Positions 40,001-48,971 of a stretch of DNA of 64,000 bases are shown here, piece after piece (the stretch's first letter is position 1; every line of letters begins with the position of its first letter). The DNA lies in NCBI GenBank assembly GCA_041749075.1, contig JBGTBY010000031.1, positions 20,342 to 84,341 on the forward strand. The letters run 5' to 3'. Origin of the DNA: Balneolales bacterium. Its GTDB lineage: Bacteria; Bacteroidota; Rhodothermia; Balneolales; HLUCCA01. The notes under the pieces are model-generated. The model saw only the letters and a list, made by a program, of their open reading frames with translations. It was not told the DNA's origin and searched no databases. The position numbers were made by a program, and so were the translations under genes.

Positions 40001-43000
40001 AGAGCCGTGGTTGGGACCGATCGGCTTTTTGTCGAACGAATTCCACAATTCCGGTGCCAAAGACGGTGCGGTGCGTGTGAGCACCATTCCATCCTTCACC
40101 GTCATGATGGTGCAATGCATGTGAGGAAAGTTGGATTCGATGCCACGCAAATACACGGTTAGAATGGCATCGAGATCGGCGCCCTCTTTGATGGAATCCT
40201 CCATCATCACCCTCTCGAGCTGTTCCAATCGGGATGTGAGAACGCTGTCGGTCACATCCCGGAAATTGTCGATGATTCCCATGATGTTCGGATCGTCGAG
40301 CAGATTCGTGATGGTGGCCTCAAGCCATCTCCATGTGCCGTCTTTGTGCTTTGTGCGGGAGGTGTAGCCCTTGGTTGGTACGCCGGGATTTGCCAAGGCA
40401 ATCTGCATTTTCTCCACAACACCATTCACATCGTCAGGATGGATGATCGTGAACAGATTCAAGTCCAGCGCTTCTTTTTCGGTATAGCCGAGTACGTTTG
40501 TGATGGATGGCGACACATAGGTAGGGCGCCCGTCCGCTCCGATGATGGCGATGGCATCGCCGCCGTTTTCCACCAAGCTTCTGTATCGCTGTTCGGCACG
40601 GTTTCGGTCGGTCACGTTTTGCGCTGTGCCGAACAATCTCACAACCCGACCCGACTCATCCATCTCCGTATAGCCGAACTCTTCGATGAGGCGATGTTCA
40701 CCTGTCGGCGTGGTGATCCGGTACGTGATATTGAATGGTTCGCCGGTTTCCTGTGAACGCTTACTGGTTTGTTCGGCGTAATCGCGATCATCGGGATGAA
40801 TGAGGTCCAAGAACGATTTGTGGGTTTCCTTAAACGTCTCTCGATCGGCGCCGAACACATCGTACAAGGCATCGGTCCAAGTGAGGCTGTCTGTGCGGAA
40901 ATCGAAGTTCCAACTGCCCATTTGGGCAAACCGTTGCGCTTCGGCCATGATGGCCTCGCTTTGCGTGATCTTGACCTGGCTTTTGAGGAGCTCGGCCTGC
41001 GAACGTTTGAACTCCGTCACATCTTCAATGGTGGTGACTTTGTAACGCTTGCCATCCGGATCGATCAGCAATTCCGCAGAAACCTTGACGGTGAGCGGGT
41101 TGCCCATTTTGTCAACGACCTCGAACTCACCGGGAGGCTCGTGCCCGTTCAGAATGAAGTCATCATGGGCCTTCCGCATGAACGCTTCGTGCTCGGGTGC
41201 CACCATTCTCGAAAATTGAGTGCCGATGAGCTCTTCTTTGGCGTACCCGTAAATGGTGCAATAGTTGTCGTTCATATCCACGAACAGACCGTTCTCATCG
41301 GTGATGCAGATTCCGTTCGACGTGGCGTTGAACACCGCGTTGACCAGGCGTTCTCTGGAGTTCAATGTGGAGAGCGCGACCTTGAGATCCGTTACGTCCA
41401 ACACACCGATCGATACATTATGGATGGCTCCCGTTCGATCGGCGGCAGGTGAGAAATGCATGGCGAACCAACGTTGCTGATCCTGCACATCCGTCACTTC
41501 CAATTCGATGGACGCCGGTTTTCCGTTCAACGCCGTCTTGAAATGCCGCATGAACCGCTCCACTTGACCCGACGGAAGCAGGTCGATGATGGAATCGTCA
41601 ACCGCGATGGTTCGCCCGTGGAGTTGACGGAATGTGTGGTCTGCCTTGTGATTGAATCGCTGCACCTTGTAGGCAGAATCGACCATCACGAACGCCTGAA
41701 GGTCATTGTTCAAAAGAGCGTGGGCGTTGGCCTGGCTCAATTCAAGTGCGAGTTCGCGTGCCTCCAATTCCTCATGAGCCACTTTCAGCTCGGAATAGGT
41801 GATCTGGATTTCCTCGTTCGCGCTTTGAAGCTCTTCATTGCTGGTCTCCAGCTCTTCATTGCTCGACTGGAATTCCTCATTCATGCCCTGCAACTCTTCA
41901 TTGAGCGATTGTAGCTCCTCGTTGCTGTTTTCGATCACTTCGATATAGGTCTCTAGCTGCAATTTGGTGGATGCCAACTCCTGTTCCAGCTCGTGCACCC
42001 TTCCCTGGGTTCGAGGTTTCGCTTCCGAAGACACCACATCCTTCAAATCGATCGTTTCGAAAATGACCATGATCGTTGTTTGGGAATCGGTCTGGCTCAA
42101 GACCGGGAGGGCGCTGATCCGAACATATTGAAGTGGGCCAAACGGCTCAAAACGCCGGATACGCCCCTTTATGCCTGTTCGATTTTTTTGGACTTGTGTC
42201 AGAACCGACCGCACATCGAGATGAAGGTCCTGATGCACCATCTTCAGCAGATTCGTCTGGATTTGACCCGCTGCCAGCGTCACAATCAATCTCACATCTC
42301 CATTCACTTCCAGAACGTCGAACGACTCGTTCACCACCACATAGGGATGTTCATAGGCGCTGAACAGGGTTTCCCGAACCCTATCATGAAGGGTCGGCTT
42401 TTGAGGTCGCGTTTCGGCCGACGAGGGTGTGGACGTCGACGTGCTCAATGTTTTAGCGGTCGGATACTTCAACGCACCCATCGCGCCGGGTTTGCGTCGG
42501 TAGAGCTTGTTCCTGGCATTGACCGAACCGAACAAGTCAGTGAAGTTACCGATGGTTTCCGATTTTCCAAGAAACAGGATACCACCTGCTTTCAACGCAT
42601 TCTGAAATACAGGGAACACACGTTGCTGAAGAGTGGCATTGAAATAAATGAGTAGGTTTCGGCACGAAACCAGATCCAATTTCAAAAACGGAGGATTCTG
42701 GGTCAGGTCGTGTTTGGAAAAAAGCACACGTGAGCGAATCGATTTCGACAGTTCGATCTGTTCTCCGACCCGGTTGATGGCCTCTCGATGATAGAGTTCG
42801 GGAATCGAGTCGAGTTCGTTGGCCGGGTATAAGCCTCGGCGTGCGATGGCGATGGCGCGGTCGTCGATGTCGGTCGCAAAAATCTGAAACGTGAATGTGG
42901 ATTTCTGTTCTCTCAGGATCTGGTTGAGCATCATGGCGATCGAATACGCCTCTTGCCCGGTCGAACATCCCGGCACCCACACCCGAATGGGTTCCACGTC

Positions 43001-43912
43001 GCGTTTATCCACAATCAGGGACTGAATCAGCTTCCGAAGCTCGGAGAATGCGGCCGGGTCGCGGAAAAACGTCGTTACGCCGATCAAGATCGTGTTGAAC
43101 ATTTCATCCGCTTCGCTCGGATCCCGCTCGATCAGCGACACATAGTCGTCGATATCACTGATTCCCAATTGGGAAAGGCGTTTTTCCAACCGACGTCCCA
43201 CGGTGCCGGATTTGTAATTGGAGAAATCCGCACCCGTCCGCTTTCCGAGCAGATAGAAAATCCGGGACATCGAATCCGTCATGACATCCATGGCATCTGC
43301 CTCGATGTCTCGTGTTTTTCCGAGGAGATGGGCTTGGATGCTTGCCCCGATCTCATTCACCGACACAATCTCATCCACAACTCCGGTTTGGATTGCGGCT
43401 TTCGGCATGCTGTCAAATTTCGCGGTTTCTGGCGATTGGACGATCACATAGCCCCCCGCTTCATGCAAGGCCACAACACCCTGCGCGCCGTCCGATCCGG
43501 TTCCGGATAAGATTACGCCAACCACCCGATGAGTGGTCTGTTTGGCAAGCGAGTTGAATAGCACATTCACAGACGGCTTGGGTCCGGCCACTGTAGGCTC
43601 CTTCCGAAGCACGATCTTGCCTTTTTCAACCGAAATCTCCCGATCAGGAGGTGTGATGTAGACCATTCCCGCTTTCAGGGTCGTTTTAGAGGTCGCCTCC
43701 ACCACAGTCAGTTCCGTTTCACGGTCGAGCAATTGGGTGAGGATGCTTTTATGCGACGGACTAAGATGCTGCGCCACAATGAGACAGGCGTTTTCGAGCG
43801 GTGCCAGATGGGACAACAGATGCTGAAGAGCATCCAACCCACCGGCTGAAGCACCAATTGCAACGATAGTAAGAGTGGGACTTTTCAGGTGCGTCTCTCC
43901 GCCAAGTGTCAA
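37049..43912 (-). CDS. 2287-aa CheB methylesterase - CheR methyltransferase - coiled coil - multi PAS/GAF - histidine kinase fusion
   Basis: N-terminus IVAIGASAGGLDAL (CheB). VWVPGCSTGQEAYSIA (CheR SAM site). NEELQSLNEELQGMNEEFQSSNEELETSNEELQSANEE coiled coil. Many PAS S-boxes, two GAF-like segments. H-box YVASHDLQEPLRMITSF, N/G boxes NLLDNAIKY, DNGIGI, GSGIGLA. Confidence 0.9.
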   Translation of the reverse strand: MTLGGETHLKSPTLTIVAIGASAGGLDALQHLLSHLAPLENACLIVAQHLSPSHKSILTQLLDRETELTVVEATSKTTLKAGMVYITPPDREISVEKGKIVLRKEPTVAGPKPSVNVLFNSLAKQTTHRVVGVILSGTGSDGAQGVVALHEAGGYVIVQSPETAKFDSMPKAAIQTGVVDEIVSVNEIGASIQAHLLGKTRDIEADAMDVMTDSMSRIFYLLGKRTGADFSNYKSGTVGRRLEKRLSQLGISDIDDYVSLIERDPSEADEMFNTILIGVTTFFRDPAAFSELRKLIQSLIVDKRDVEPIRVWVPGCSTGQEAYSIAMMLNQILREQKSTFTFQIFATDIDDRAIAIARRGLYPANELDSIPELYHREAINRVGEQIELSKSIRSRVLFSKHDLTQNPPFLKLDLVSCRNLLIYFNATLQQRVFPVFQNALKAGGILFLGKSETIGNFTDLFGSVNARNKLYRRKPGAMGALKYPTAKTLSTSTSTPSSAETRPQKPTLHDRVRETLFSAYEHPYVVVNESFDVLEVNGDVRLIVTLAAGQIQTNLLKMVHQDLHLDVRSVLTQVQKNRTGIKGRIRRFEPFGPLQYVRISALPVLSQTDSQTTIMVIFETIDLKDVVSSEAKPRTQGRVHELEQELASTKLQLETYIEVIENSNEELQSLNEELQGMNEEFQSSNEELETSNEELQSANEEIQITYSELKVAHEELEARELALELSQANAHALLNNDLQAFVMVDSAYKVQRFNHKADHTFRQLHGRTIAVDDSIIDLLPSGQVERFMRHFKTALNGKPASIELEVTDVQDQQRWFAMHFSPAADRTGAIHNVSIGVLDVTDLKVALSTLNSRERLVNAVFNATSNGICITDENGLFVDMNDNYCTIYGYAKEELIGTQFSRMVAPEHEAFMRKAHDDFILNGHEPPGEFEVVDKMGNPLTVKVSAELLIDPDGKRYKVTTIEDVTEFKRSQAELLKSQVKITQSEAIMAEAQRFAQMGSWNFDFRTDSLTWTDALYDVFGADRETFKETHKSFLDLIHPDDRDYAEQTSKRSQETGEPFNITYRITTPTGEHRLIEEFGYTEMDESGRVVRLFGTAQNVTDRNRAEQRYRSLVENGGDAIAIIGADGRPTYVSPSITNVLGYTEKEALDLNLFTIIHPDDVNGVVEKMQIALANPGVPTKGYTSRTKHKDGTWRWLEATITNLLDDPNIMGIIDNFRDVTDSVLTSRLEQLERVMMEDSIKEGADLDAILTVYLRGIESNFPHMHCTIMTVKDGMVLTRTAPSLAPELWNSFDKKPIGPNHGSCGTAAYTGKPVIVSDIATDPKWKSFRKDALSHGIKACWSQPIFDSKGRVMATFAYYFHQKKAPSEKELELFLRSASLLGVIMESHHRSQALYDSNERFEYVTKATSDAIYDWDVVNDDFSWGDGFHRLFGHPKSESPFRLNDWIALTHPEDSTEHESPWLDFFNDRQKQNWTNSFRFRRSDGSYAYVDEIGYMIRDAKGAPIRMIGVLRDVSNEQLKKIQLSVQRELAELFKENTDLDSTLTNVLAYLSKFGGFETGEIWLKNYDSTVLNLMSIYQTSKQGKTYFKQSKSIRQFKMGEGLPGTVWKNPKRHIWTDIDTKTEFLRRDAAKIAGLKSAFAIPLRHNEECIGVLMFGSTLIQQEMNGQFDVFTPLESILGAEIKRKQQENELHHFFSSSPDILAIASPKGHFVKVNPVFCALTGYSEEELTTQPFETFMHPDDLGKPSANNVINRYISKTGDVIWISWNSSVVFGEDGFIYAYGRNMTDMIRLQELFDNAAKLAIIGSWEVDLVKGTVFWSDITRDIHEVDKDFVPDLSKGLDFYRPDMRPIIEVAVNTAIQNHENWDLELPIITAKGNERWIRTIGKPEFRDGTCVRIYGSFQDIHQRKKSEELIRETNERFHIVTEATNDAIWDYEITKNELFWGKGFRTQFGYDVDMEKPTFDRLISLIHPEDRERIVLKIEHFFGNHDSKNWFEEYRFLKADGTYATVMDRAVFIRDAKGRVIRVVGAMTDITYRRTHEDSLKKLNYQLQKHTKELEMSNAELEQFAYVASHDLQEPLRMITSFLSQLEKKYSDRLDPKAHQYIHFAVDGANRMRGIILDLLEFSRVGRLSSDKVTFEFKVLVDEYQLLRAKLIQEKSALVICGKLPVLNTYRSQVAQVMNNLLDNAIKYAKTGVKPEIRIQSKKNGGFWEISVSDNGIGISEDYYDKIFIIFQRLHDKTEYTGSGIGLAIVKKIVDNLGGSIWVHSVEGKGSTFTFTIPAE

Positions 43913-43982
43913 ATTATATTACAATATACCATTACGGTATTGTTGGGATTGTAAGTTTATTGCATGGCGGAAAAGCCGAGTT

Positions 43983-44507
43983 TTAGGGCTCGATCACCAA
44001 TTTCAGGTTCATCCCCAATCCCGCTTCCACAATCTTTTTGAAGGTAGATAACTCGATATCGGTCTTGTTATTCTCCACACGTGAGATATAAAAGCGGGAT
44101 GTGCCGCTTCGATGCGCGACTTCTTCTTGCGTCAAGCCTGCCTTGATCCGCGCGGTTCGAATCAGTTTTCCAAAGCGATGGTTTGTCTCGCCACTCATTT
44201 CCGAACTCAAATCATATAAGACATCCGGACCGATTTCGTAAGGATGTCTTTCGTCTACTCCCTCATCATTTTTCAATGTGATGGTGATGTTGGGCCAGGA
44301 AAGTGTCTGGTTGCGCAATTCCACCTTCTGAAATTCCTTGATGTCGAGAAGCGGATTCTCGATATCGGTCTTCATCACGTTCCAGGATTCGAAAATCTGT
44401 TTGAAATCCAAGATTCGGCTTTCGCTGTTATTGAACATGACCTGAACGGTAAACCCGTCAATACGCTCAATCTTGAGGATGCGGGGGATTTTGATGTGCT
44501 TTCTCAT
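43983..44507 (-). CDS. DUF2442-like domain fused to XRE-type HTH (putative antitoxin/regulator)
   Basis: N-terminus ILKIERIDGFTVQVMFNNSESRILDF...TLSWPN...IGPDVLYDLS (DUF2442 pattern). C-terminus AGLTQEEVAHRSGTSRFYISRVENNKTD (XRE HTH). 4-nt overlap with the upstream gene. Confidence 0.75.
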   Translation of the reverse strand: MRKHIKIPRILKIERIDGFTVQVMFNNSESRILDFKQIFESWNVMKTDIENPLLDIKEFQKVELRNQTLSWPNITITLKNDEGVDERHPYEIGPDVLYDLSSEMSGETNHRFGKLIRTARIKAGLTQEEVAHRSGTSRFYISRVENNKTDIELSTFKKIVEAGLGMNLKLVIEP

Positions 44508-44737
44508 CGGCGTGGGTTCAACTTGTTATATGTGTCCATCAGATACGATATGTTCTGTTCAGCCCAAGAAATCACTTTCGTTCGTTGGGCTTTTGGTATG
44601 CTTCCAGCATAAGTCGCCAATGATTCGATTTCGATCAATTCTTCATATTCCGCATACAACACATGGAAATGCGGAGGGGGATGTTCTCTTGAGTAAACGT
44701 CAATCTTGATCGAATCAATGAGCTTGATCGTCGGCAT
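44504..44737 (-). CDS. DUF4160-family small protein
   Basis: 77 aa. IKIDVYSREHPPPHFHVLYAEYE is the characteristic DUF4160 motif. Confidence 0.8.
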   Translation of the reverse strand: MPTIKLIDSIKIDVYSREHPPPHFHVLYAEYEELIEIESLATYAGSIPKAQRTKVISWAEQNISYLMDTYNKLNPRR

Positions 44738-44740
44738 ACG

Positions 44741-44762
44741 ATGTTGTCTATGTAGATAACAT
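44741..44762. promoter_or_regulatory. 22-bp near-perfect palindrome 4 nt upstream of the DUF4160 start; candidate operator
   Basis: ATGTTGTCTA-TG-TAGATAACAT: 9 of 10 arm positions are complementary. Confidence 0.45.
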
Positions 44763-44835
44763 GATAGTGAGAGATAAAAGTATTTCCAATTGGGATTTTG
44801 GCTAAAAGTTGACCTGCGTTAAGAGCGCATAACGA

Positions 44836-45333
44836 CTATGCTGAATTCGCAGCTTGTCGCTCGATTTCGGCGCGTATCAGCTTTAAGTCGGATTGAAATT
44901 CCCTGTCGACTCGATTGCTATCAGATAATATATAAGCTGGTTTTCTATAAACATCAATTGGGAATGCATTTTGCCACGACGCCTTGTCTTTAGTTACTTC
45001 CACAGCTTGTTTCGATCCGAAAACAGTATCAGTTACTTCTATACTTGAGTTGAACTGGTCGGCAGTAATGTCAACTAAATACTCGTCGATCTCAATCCAA
45101 ACATGTCTTTGTAGACCAGAAAATCCTCCATTGACAATCTCAATTGATTTATAGCCTAGTTCAAGTAAGTACGAACCGAGTATTGTCGACGTTCTTTCAC
45201 AAGATCCGCCAGGGAAATTGGTAAATAGAAGAGATTTGATATCTAGGATAGATAGGTTCGATTTAACCCTTTCAACCGCATTTCTGAACGACTTACAATC
45301 TTCAAAAAGCTTTAATTCGAAGTTTTGCTCCAT
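44836..45333 (-). CDS. Hypothetical cytosolic protein with papain/transglutaminase-like Cys...His...Asp pattern
   Basis: 165 aa, no signal peptide. FPGGSCERTSTILGSYL (Cys at a predicted helix start) and RHVWIEIDEYLVDITADQF (His then Asp in a strand-like segment). AT-rich codon usage. Confidence 0.6.
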   Translation of the reverse strand: MEQNFELKLFEDCKSFRNAVERVKSNLSILDIKSLLFTNFPGGSCERTSTILGSYLLELGYKSIEIVNGGFSGLQRHVWIEIDEYLVDITADQFNSSIEVTDTVFGSKQAVEVTKDKASWQNAFPIDVYRKPAYILSDSNRVDREFQSDLKLIRAEIERQAANSA

Positions 45334-46082
45334 GAATTGTTTCTGAAGTATTGGTAATTAAACAGTTCAAAATCATCACTGTATATGATGTTGCTTTCAA
45401 TAAGAAAATCAAAAAAAAGTCGTCGACTTTCAATTTTAGAAACTAATACAGAATCAAACCGACTGAATTCGGGAATGTCGCTGGCTTTTCCCAAGACTAA
45501 ATCATACAAGTCACGAGTGTTGGTTTCGTCAGTTATCAACCCACCATACTTGTTTAGCAATACTAGGTTATTGTCGATGTATCGGATCACATCGTTGCTC
45601 GGGAAGATTTCAAAATTGTAGCTTCGAGTTCTTCCATCAATTACATAAATAAAGCTTGTCACATAGTGACCATCAGAAACCCGAACCTGTTTCCAACCTT
45701 CAATTTTCAGGACACCTTTCAGTGACTTCAAGTCATCTTGGATCAACGTCTCATTGTTTTTTATGGGCTTGACGGATCGAATCTCAGATAGCAAAAAAGA
45801 CCTTCTAACTTTATCTATTGCTTGCTGATCCAATGATGTTGCTATTTTATGCTCTTCGTGTGACGAACTAAGAATGGGTGTTTCTCTACCAGAGCTCAAA
45901 ATCCAGACATCACCTGTGCGCTTGTCGATTTTATAAGAAACGTGGTCTGATACTTTCTGAAGTTCAAATCGATCAGAACGATACTGGTAGACAATAATCG
46001 TGATCAGAATCAGGCTGACTACAAGCAGTAATGTTGTCCATGATGACAGGTAGAGCCTGTTTTTAACTTCTGGATTCGTCAT
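45312..46082 (-). CDS. Hypothetical membrane-anchored protein (single N-terminal TM)
   Basis: 256 aa. TM WTTLLLVVSLILITIIVY. No recognised motif. AT-rich. 22-nt overlap with the downstream gene. Confidence 0.6.
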   Translation of the reverse strand: MTNPEVKNRLYLSSWTTLLLVVSLILITIIVYQYRSDRFELQKVSDHVSYKIDKRTGDVWILSSGRETPILSSSHEEHKIATSLDQQAIDKVRRSFLLSEIRSVKPIKNNETLIQDDLKSLKGVLKIEGWKQVRVSDGHYVTSFIYVIDGRTRSYNFEIFPSNDVIRYIDNNLVLLNKYGGLITDETNTRDLYDLVLGKASDIPEFSRFDSVLVSKIESRRLFFDFLIESNIIYSDDFELFNYQYFRNNSWSKTSN

Positions 46083-46107
46083 AAACCACGATTCTCCATT
46101 TCAAAAA

Positions 46108-46536
46108 CTATTTAATAATCGTGATCACGCAATTCAGGTGATGCAGGATGTAATTCGTGACGCCGCCCGATAGCAGATCCGTGATCTTCCACTGATAGTC
46201 ACCGCCACCCATGATCACATGATCGATGCTGGCCTTGCGTGCGGTATCCACGATGGTCTCGCGGGGCTCGCCGATGGCCACCATGGTTGAGACCGAGTCC
46301 GCATCCCCCGCTTCCATCTGAAAAAAGTCCTTCGCCTCACGCAGCACGATCTTGCTTTTGTCGCGATTCAGGTCGTTCTCTTTTTCTTTCCGATCGCGCG
46401 GATCCGGAATCACGGTCATGATCAGTACGATGGGTTTGGGATCCATCAATTTGTACAGCCGAGCGGCATATTGAACCGATAAGGTGGCGTATTTCGAGCC
46501 ATCGGTGGCCAATAACCAGCGTTGGGGCAGACTCAT
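46108..46536 (-). CDS. Universal stress protein family
   Basis: WLLATDGSKYA...HVIMGG...GGVTNYILHHLNCVITII; 142 aa. Confidence 0.8.
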   Translation of the reverse strand: MSLPQRWLLATDGSKYATLSVQYAARLYKLMDPKPIVLIMTVIPDPRDRKEKENDLNRDKSKIVLREAKDFFQMEAGDADSVSTMVAIGEPRETIVDTARKASIDHVIMGGGDYQWKITDLLSGGVTNYILHHLNCVITIIK

Positions 46537-47501
46537 GTGTGTGTTCCTCCGTCGTTATGATCCAGATCTTGGCGCTCGTTCAATCCGGCCAATACTTTGT
46601 GTGCGGTTTCGTGCTCGTGCTCGGGTTCCATGTGTAAGGTAACCACGGCATCGCCATTCACCGACTTCATGATGCGTTTTTCCAATATGGTGCTGATCTG
46701 ATGTGCTTCTTTCAGCGTGAGGTTGTCATCCATCAACACATGAAGTTCGATCCAGGTGGTGTGTCCGGTCGTGCGATGGCGCAACTTATGCCACGATCGG
46801 ATCTGTTCCGGCAGTTTCGTTTCCAATACGGTTCGGATGCGCTTGTCCTGGGCTTCATCCACCGTGTCCATGATGCCTCGGATGGCGAACCGCATCAGTT
46901 TTCCGCCCTCGAACATGATATAAATGGCCACGCCAACGGCCACGATCACATCCAGAATGGTGAGCCCGCTGAAATGGATGAGGATGAGCGTGACCACGAC
47001 GCCCGCGCTGGTCCACACATCCGTCATCGTATGTTTTCCATTGCCGATGAGGATATTGTTCTGCTCCTGCTTGCCCACCCGGATCAGATAACTTCCCAAG
47101 GCCAGATTCATGATGCCCGCACCGCCGACCACGATCATGCCTTCAGTCAGATGATCGGGTTGGAGACCCAGAATGAGGTGGATCGCCGATTGATACAAGA
47201 TTCCGATGCCGGCGAAGAAAATGACAGTTCCTTCCACGCCTACGGATAGGAATTCGATGCGCTCGTGACCGTACGTATGGGTCGCATCCGCTGGTTTCAT
47301 GCTGAGCCAAACGCCATAGAAGGAAAAGGAGACGGCCAACAGATGCACGAGCGATTCGGCCGCATCCGACAGTACCGTGTTCGATCCGGTGATCCAATAC
47401 CCCGTGCCTTTGATGAGCAACGACGCGACCGAAACCATCAGGCTGATGGCGATAGCCCGTTTCACACGAGCGTTCGAAGCGGTCAGTTCAAGTCGGTGCA
47501 T
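46533..47501 (-). CDS. Cation diffusion facilitator family transporter
   Basis: Six TM. SDAAESLVHLLAV..., THTYGHERIEF, C-terminal cytoplasmic domain with a His-rich tail (HMEPEHEHETAH). Confidence 0.85.
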   Translation of the reverse strand: MHRLELTASNARVKRAIAISLMVSVASLLIKGTGYWITGSNTVLSDAAESLVHLLAVSFSFYGVWLSMKPADATHTYGHERIEFLSVGVEGTVIFFAGIGILYQSAIHLILGLQPDHLTEGMIVVGGAGIMNLALGSYLIRVGKQEQNNILIGNGKHTMTDVWTSAGVVVTLILIHFSGLTILDVIVAVGVAIYIMFEGGKLMRFAIRGIMDTVDEAQDKRIRTVLETKLPEQIRSWHKLRHRTTGHTTWIELHVLMDDNLTLKEAHQISTILEKRIMKSVNGDAVVTLHMEPEHEHETAHKVLAGLNERQDLDHNDGGTHT

Positions 47502-47550
47502 AGCTGAAATTTGGGTATTTTAGGCACACTATCAACGATAATTTACGGTT

Positions 47551-48960
47551 TTGACCGGACTCGACCCCACCCATATCACCCTGTTTCAGACCGTATCGGA
47601 TGTGGCCCAGAAATTGGGTCAGCCCGTGTATGTGGTCGGCGGATATGTGAGGGATTATTACTTGAATCGGCTTCGTCCGGACAAAGAGCCCGATATCGAT
47701 TTTGTGACCATTGGCTCGGGCATCGCCTTCGCCGAAGCCTTGGCCACAGAGCTGAAAACCACCCAAGTCGCCGTGTTCAAGCAATTCGGAACCGCGCAAG
47801 TGGGATGGAAGGGGATGCACCTCGAATTCGTTGGTGCGAGAAAGGAAAGCTATCGCATCGAGTCGCGCAAGCCGATCGTGGAAGACGGAACCCTGGAAGA
47901 CGACCAGAAACGTCGTGATTTCACCATCAACGCGCTGAGCTGGTCGCTGAACAAAGAGGATTTCGGAACGTTGCTTGATCCCTTTGGCGGCATCCGGGAT
48001 CTGCAGGATCGGGTGATCCGAACCCCGCTCGAACCCGACATCACATTCAGTGACGATCCGCTCCGCATGCTGCGCGCCGTGCGCTTCGCGTCGCAGCTTA
48101 GTTTCGATATCGATCCGGTCACATTCGAGGGCATCAAAGTGATGTCGAATCGCCTCGACATCATTTCCAAAGAGCGCATCCTCGACGAGCTGAACAAGAT
48201 CATCCTGTCGCCGATTCCATCCACAGGATTTGCATTGTTGTTCGAAAGTGGCTTGCTAGGCACGTTTTTCCCGGAAATGGTGAAGCTTCACGGTGTTCAA
48301 GAAGTGGAGAATTACCGGCATAAGGATAATTTCTGGCACACATTACAGGTATTGGACAATGTGGCGATGGTGAGTGACGATCTCTGGCTCCGCTGGGCCG
48401 CCATCCTGCATGATATCGCCAAGCCGAACACCCAGAAGTTTGTGGATGGCATCGGTTGGACGTTCCACGGACACGATGCCGTGGGCGCGAACATGACCAA
48501 GCGCATCTTCACCCGATTGGGATTGCCGCTCGATGAGCGGATGCGGTTCGTGCAGAATCTGGTGAGGCTGCATCTGCGTCCGATTGCGCTGGTGAAGGAA
48601 GAGGTGACCGAATCCGCCCTCAGAAGACTATTATTTGATGCGGGCGAAGACCTTGAAGCGCTCATGATGCTCTGTCGGGCCGACATCACCAGTAAGAACG
48701 ACCGCAAAGTTCAGAAATATCTGGCCAACTTCGCTTCGGTGGAAGAACGCCTCGTCGAGGTGGAGGAGAAGGACAAGCTGCGGAACTGGCGTCCACCAAT
48801 TTCGGGTGAAGACATCATGAAAGCGCTGAATCTGCCACCGGGACCTGAAGTCGGGAAGATCAAGAAGCAGATTGAAGAGGCGATCCTCGAGGGAGAAATT
48901 GCGAATGAATACGATGCCGCGTATTCCTTCATGTTGCGAGTGGCGGGAAGGGATAAGTAG
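47551..48960 (+). CDS. cca: CCA tRNA nucleotidyltransferase / poly(A) polymerase-family protein with HD domain
   Basis: VYVVGGYVRDYYL, DIDFVT, RRDFTINAL, LRAVRFA, HD motif LHDIAKP. Confidence 0.8.
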   Translation: MTGLDPTHITLFQTVSDVAQKLGQPVYVVGGYVRDYYLNRLRPDKEPDIDFVTIGSGIAFAEALATELKTTQVAVFKQFGTAQVGWKGMHLEFVGARKESYRIESRKPIVEDGTLEDDQKRRDFTINALSWSLNKEDFGTLLDPFGGIRDLQDRVIRTPLEPDITFSDDPLRMLRAVRFASQLSFDIDPVTFEGIKVMSNRLDIISKERILDELNKIILSPIPSTGFALLFESGLLGTFFPEMVKLHGVQEVENYRHKDNFWHTLQVLDNVAMVSDDLWLRWAAILHDIAKPNTQKFVDGIGWTFHGHDAVGANMTKRIFTRLGLPLDERMRFVQNLVRLHLRPIALVKEEVTESALRRLLFDAGEDLEALMMLCRADITSKNDRKVQKYLANFASVEERLVEVEEKDKLRNWRPPISGEDIMKALNLPPGPEVGKIKKQIEEAILEGEIANEYDAAYSFMLRVAGRDK

Positions 48961-48971
48961 GAAGTAGGAAG

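Noticed and set aside
37049-43912. CheB/CheR domains as evidence of a chemotaxis gene cluster.
   Set aside because: No MCP, CheA, CheW or flagellar/gliding genes are adjacent. CheB-CheR-PAS-kinase fusions occur as stand-alone sensors.
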